This document shows, piece by piece, positions 62,277 through 64,000 of a stretch of DNA of 64,000 nucleotides (the stretch's first letter is position 1; each line of letters begins with the position of its first letter). The notes under the pieces were generated by a model. That model worked only from the letters and a program-made list of their open reading frames with translations, had not been told where the DNA came from and did not search any database. Location: the NCBI GenBank assembly GCA_963780705.1, contig CAWACU010000002.1, positions 235,226 through 299,225 of the forward strand, read 5' to 3'. Origin of the DNA: an uncultured Actinomycetota bacterium (GTDB lineage: Bacteria; Actinomycetota; Actinomycetes; Mycobacteriales; Mycobacteriaceae). A program made the translations under genes and the position numbers.

Positions 62277-63304
62277 CCGCCTCCGCTGGATCATTCGCTG
62301 TCGCAACCGGTATCGGATCCTGGCCGGGCGCTGACCCGCGCACGGCCGCGGCCATCGTGGTCGGCGAACTGCACGACCTGCCCTATCTGCCGGAGTTGCC
62401 GCAGCGCGGGGTGGGTGCGGACCTGATCGGGCGGGCCGGTGGGCTGCTCGTCGACATCGCCATCGACACCGTGCCGCGCGGATACCGGATCGCCGCCCGC
62501 CCCGGCTCGGTGACCCGCCGCGCGGCCAGCCTGCTCGGCGAGGATCTCGACGCGCTGGAGGAGGCCTGGGAGAAAGCCGGCGGCGGGGCGGCGGTGAAGG
62601 TCCAGGCGCCGGGTCCGATCACCCTGGCCGCCCAACTGGAATTGGCCAACGGTCACCGGGCGATCACCGACCCCGGCGCGATGCGTGACATCACCGCCTC
62701 ACTGGCCGAGGGTATGGCCCGCCACCGCGCAGAGGTGGCCCGCCGGCTTGCCACGACGGTGCTGGTGCAGTTCGACGAGCCGCTGCTGCCGGCCGCGCTG
62801 GCCGGGCGGCTCACCGGGGTGACCGCCATGAGCCCGGTGCACGCGGTGGACGAAGCGCGCGCCATCAGCCTGCTCGACGATTGTGTGGCCGCGGTCGACG
62901 GCGCGGCGCTGCTGCACTGCTGCGCCGACGACATCCCGTGGAAGGTTCTGCAGCGCAGCGCTTTCCGTGCGATGTCGGTGGACGCGACGACGCTCGGTGA
63001 CGAGGCGCTCGACGCGCTGGGCGAGTTCATCGACTCCGGCCGCAGCGTGGTGCTGGGTCTGGTTCCGGCTCTGGCGCCGGCTCCGGCGTCGTCCCTGTCA
63101 CCGGCCGCAGCGCCGTCCTTCGGGCAGATCGCCGAGGCCGCCGCCGCGATCACCGACCGGCTCGGCTTCCCCCGCGCGGTGCTGCACGAGAGGGTCGGCA
63201 TCAGCCCGTCCTGCGGCCTGGCCGGGGCCACCGAGGCCTGGGCCCGGGCGGCGACCACGCTGAGCCAGCGGGCCGTGGCGGCGACGGCGGATCTCAGCGG
63301 CTGA
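62273..63304 (+). CDS. Cobalamin-independent methionine synthase-like protein (Rv3015c-like)
   Basis: ATGIGSWPG, QFDEP, LHCC, ISPSCGLAG. Confidence 0.88.
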   Translation: MTASAGSFAVATGIGSWPGADPRTAAAIVVGELHDLPYLPELPQRGVGADLIGRAGGLLVDIAIDTVPRGYRIAARPGSVTRRAASLLGEDLDALEEAWEKAGGGAAVKVQAPGPITLAAQLELANGHRAITDPGAMRDITASLAEGMARHRAEVARRLATTVLVQFDEPLLPAALAGRLTGVTAMSPVHAVDEARAISLLDDCVAAVDGAALLHCCADDIPWKVLQRSAFRAMSVDATTLGDEALDALGEFIDSGRSVVLGLVPALAPAPASSLSPAAAPSFGQIAEAAAAITDRLGFPRAVLHERVGISPSCGLAGATEAWARAATTLSQRAVAATADLSG

Positions 63305-63333
63305 CCCGGCAGTGATCTAGCCCGACCGGTCGG

Positions 63334-64000
63334 CTATCCGGGTTCGTCGTCACCGCCATCGTCGTCGTCGCTGCGGAGGAGTTCCTCCGGGTGGTGGTGA
63401 TGGTTGATACGGGGTTGGCCGCGGTCGAGGTGCGGTGGCGGGATCCACTCGGTTCGGTTGTCGTGCTTGCGTTTTCGAGTGGTCCATCCGGTCGAGGTGT
63501 CGTCAACGAGCCGGTTGTCGCATCCGCAGGCCAGGGTGAGTTCGTTGATGTCGGTGTTGCCGCCGTGTTGCCAGTCGCGTTCGGCGTGATGGACCTGACT
63601 GCGCTGGGGTGGGGCGTCGCAGTTGGGTTTGGTGCAACCCCGGTCCAGGGCGTGCAGCGCCAGGCGCTGGCCGGGGCTGGCGGTGCGCCGGCGGCGTCCG
63701 TAGTAGAGCTGGATCTCTGTGGGGTTGTCGAACAGCAGCAGGTAGGGGTGCGCGCCGCCGGCGGCCATCCGGATGAGGGTGGGGATGGGCAGCAGGCTGC
63801 CTCCGCCGGTGTGGGCGACTCCCGGCGGCGGCGGATAGTTCGGCCAGGCTGGTGGTAGCGACGATGGTGACCGGCAATCCGTTGTGCTGGCCGAGCTTCC
63901 CGGAGGCGAGCATTGCCGCGGCAGACGGTCTGCAGGGCGTCGTGGGTGCGTTGGGCGGCGGTGCGGGTGTCGCTGCTGATCTGCTCTTGGGTGGGGACGC
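63334..64000 (-). mobile_element. REP13E12 / DUF222-HNH endonuclease element, 3' part (continues beyond window; frameshifted)
   Basis: LASGKLGQHNGLP, RTASPGQRLAL, DRGCTKPNC, QVHH, LACGCDNR, EWIPPPHLD, HHPEELL. Confidence 0.9.

Overview
High-GC chromosomal window from a mycobacterium, most likely a fast-growing Mycolicibacterium-type genome. The backbone is syntenic with the M. tuberculosis Rv3061c-Rv3015c region: fadE22, cyp136, TetR, SDR, FMN reductase, nrdH-nrdI-nrdE, nrdF, adhC, fecB, ctaD, serB, echA17, the methylglucose-lipopolysaccharide genes Rv3037c/Rv3034c/Rv3032/Rv3031/Rv3030, fixAB, iscS and mnmA. Orthologue names come from recognising the sequences, not from a database search. Many genes, including essential ones, carry single-base frameshifts that look like consensus errors, so CDS coordinates are reconstructed across frames. 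Two accessory blocks stand out. (1) 4.3-18.4 kb holds tandem MASE1-GAF-SpoIIE phosphatases, a complete hypBA/FCDE cluster with no hydrogenase beside it, and a CsoR/CstR-family module (thioredoxin, a 41-aa six-Cys peptide, rhodanese, TauE exporter) with four TACCC-N4-GGGTA operators. (2) 25.4-34.4 kb, between nrdE and nrdF, holds a free-standing GIY-YIG/NUMOD3 endonuclease, an atypical TopoNM-like type II topoisomerase, a divergent DUF5997 / HTH-less LysR pair on a symmetric double promoter, and an unknown tandem-domain protein. Several PafBC-like DNA-damage promoter motifs lie in or beside this block. Short duplications of gene 3' ends recur at five loci. No rRNA, tRNA or CRISPR array was seen.
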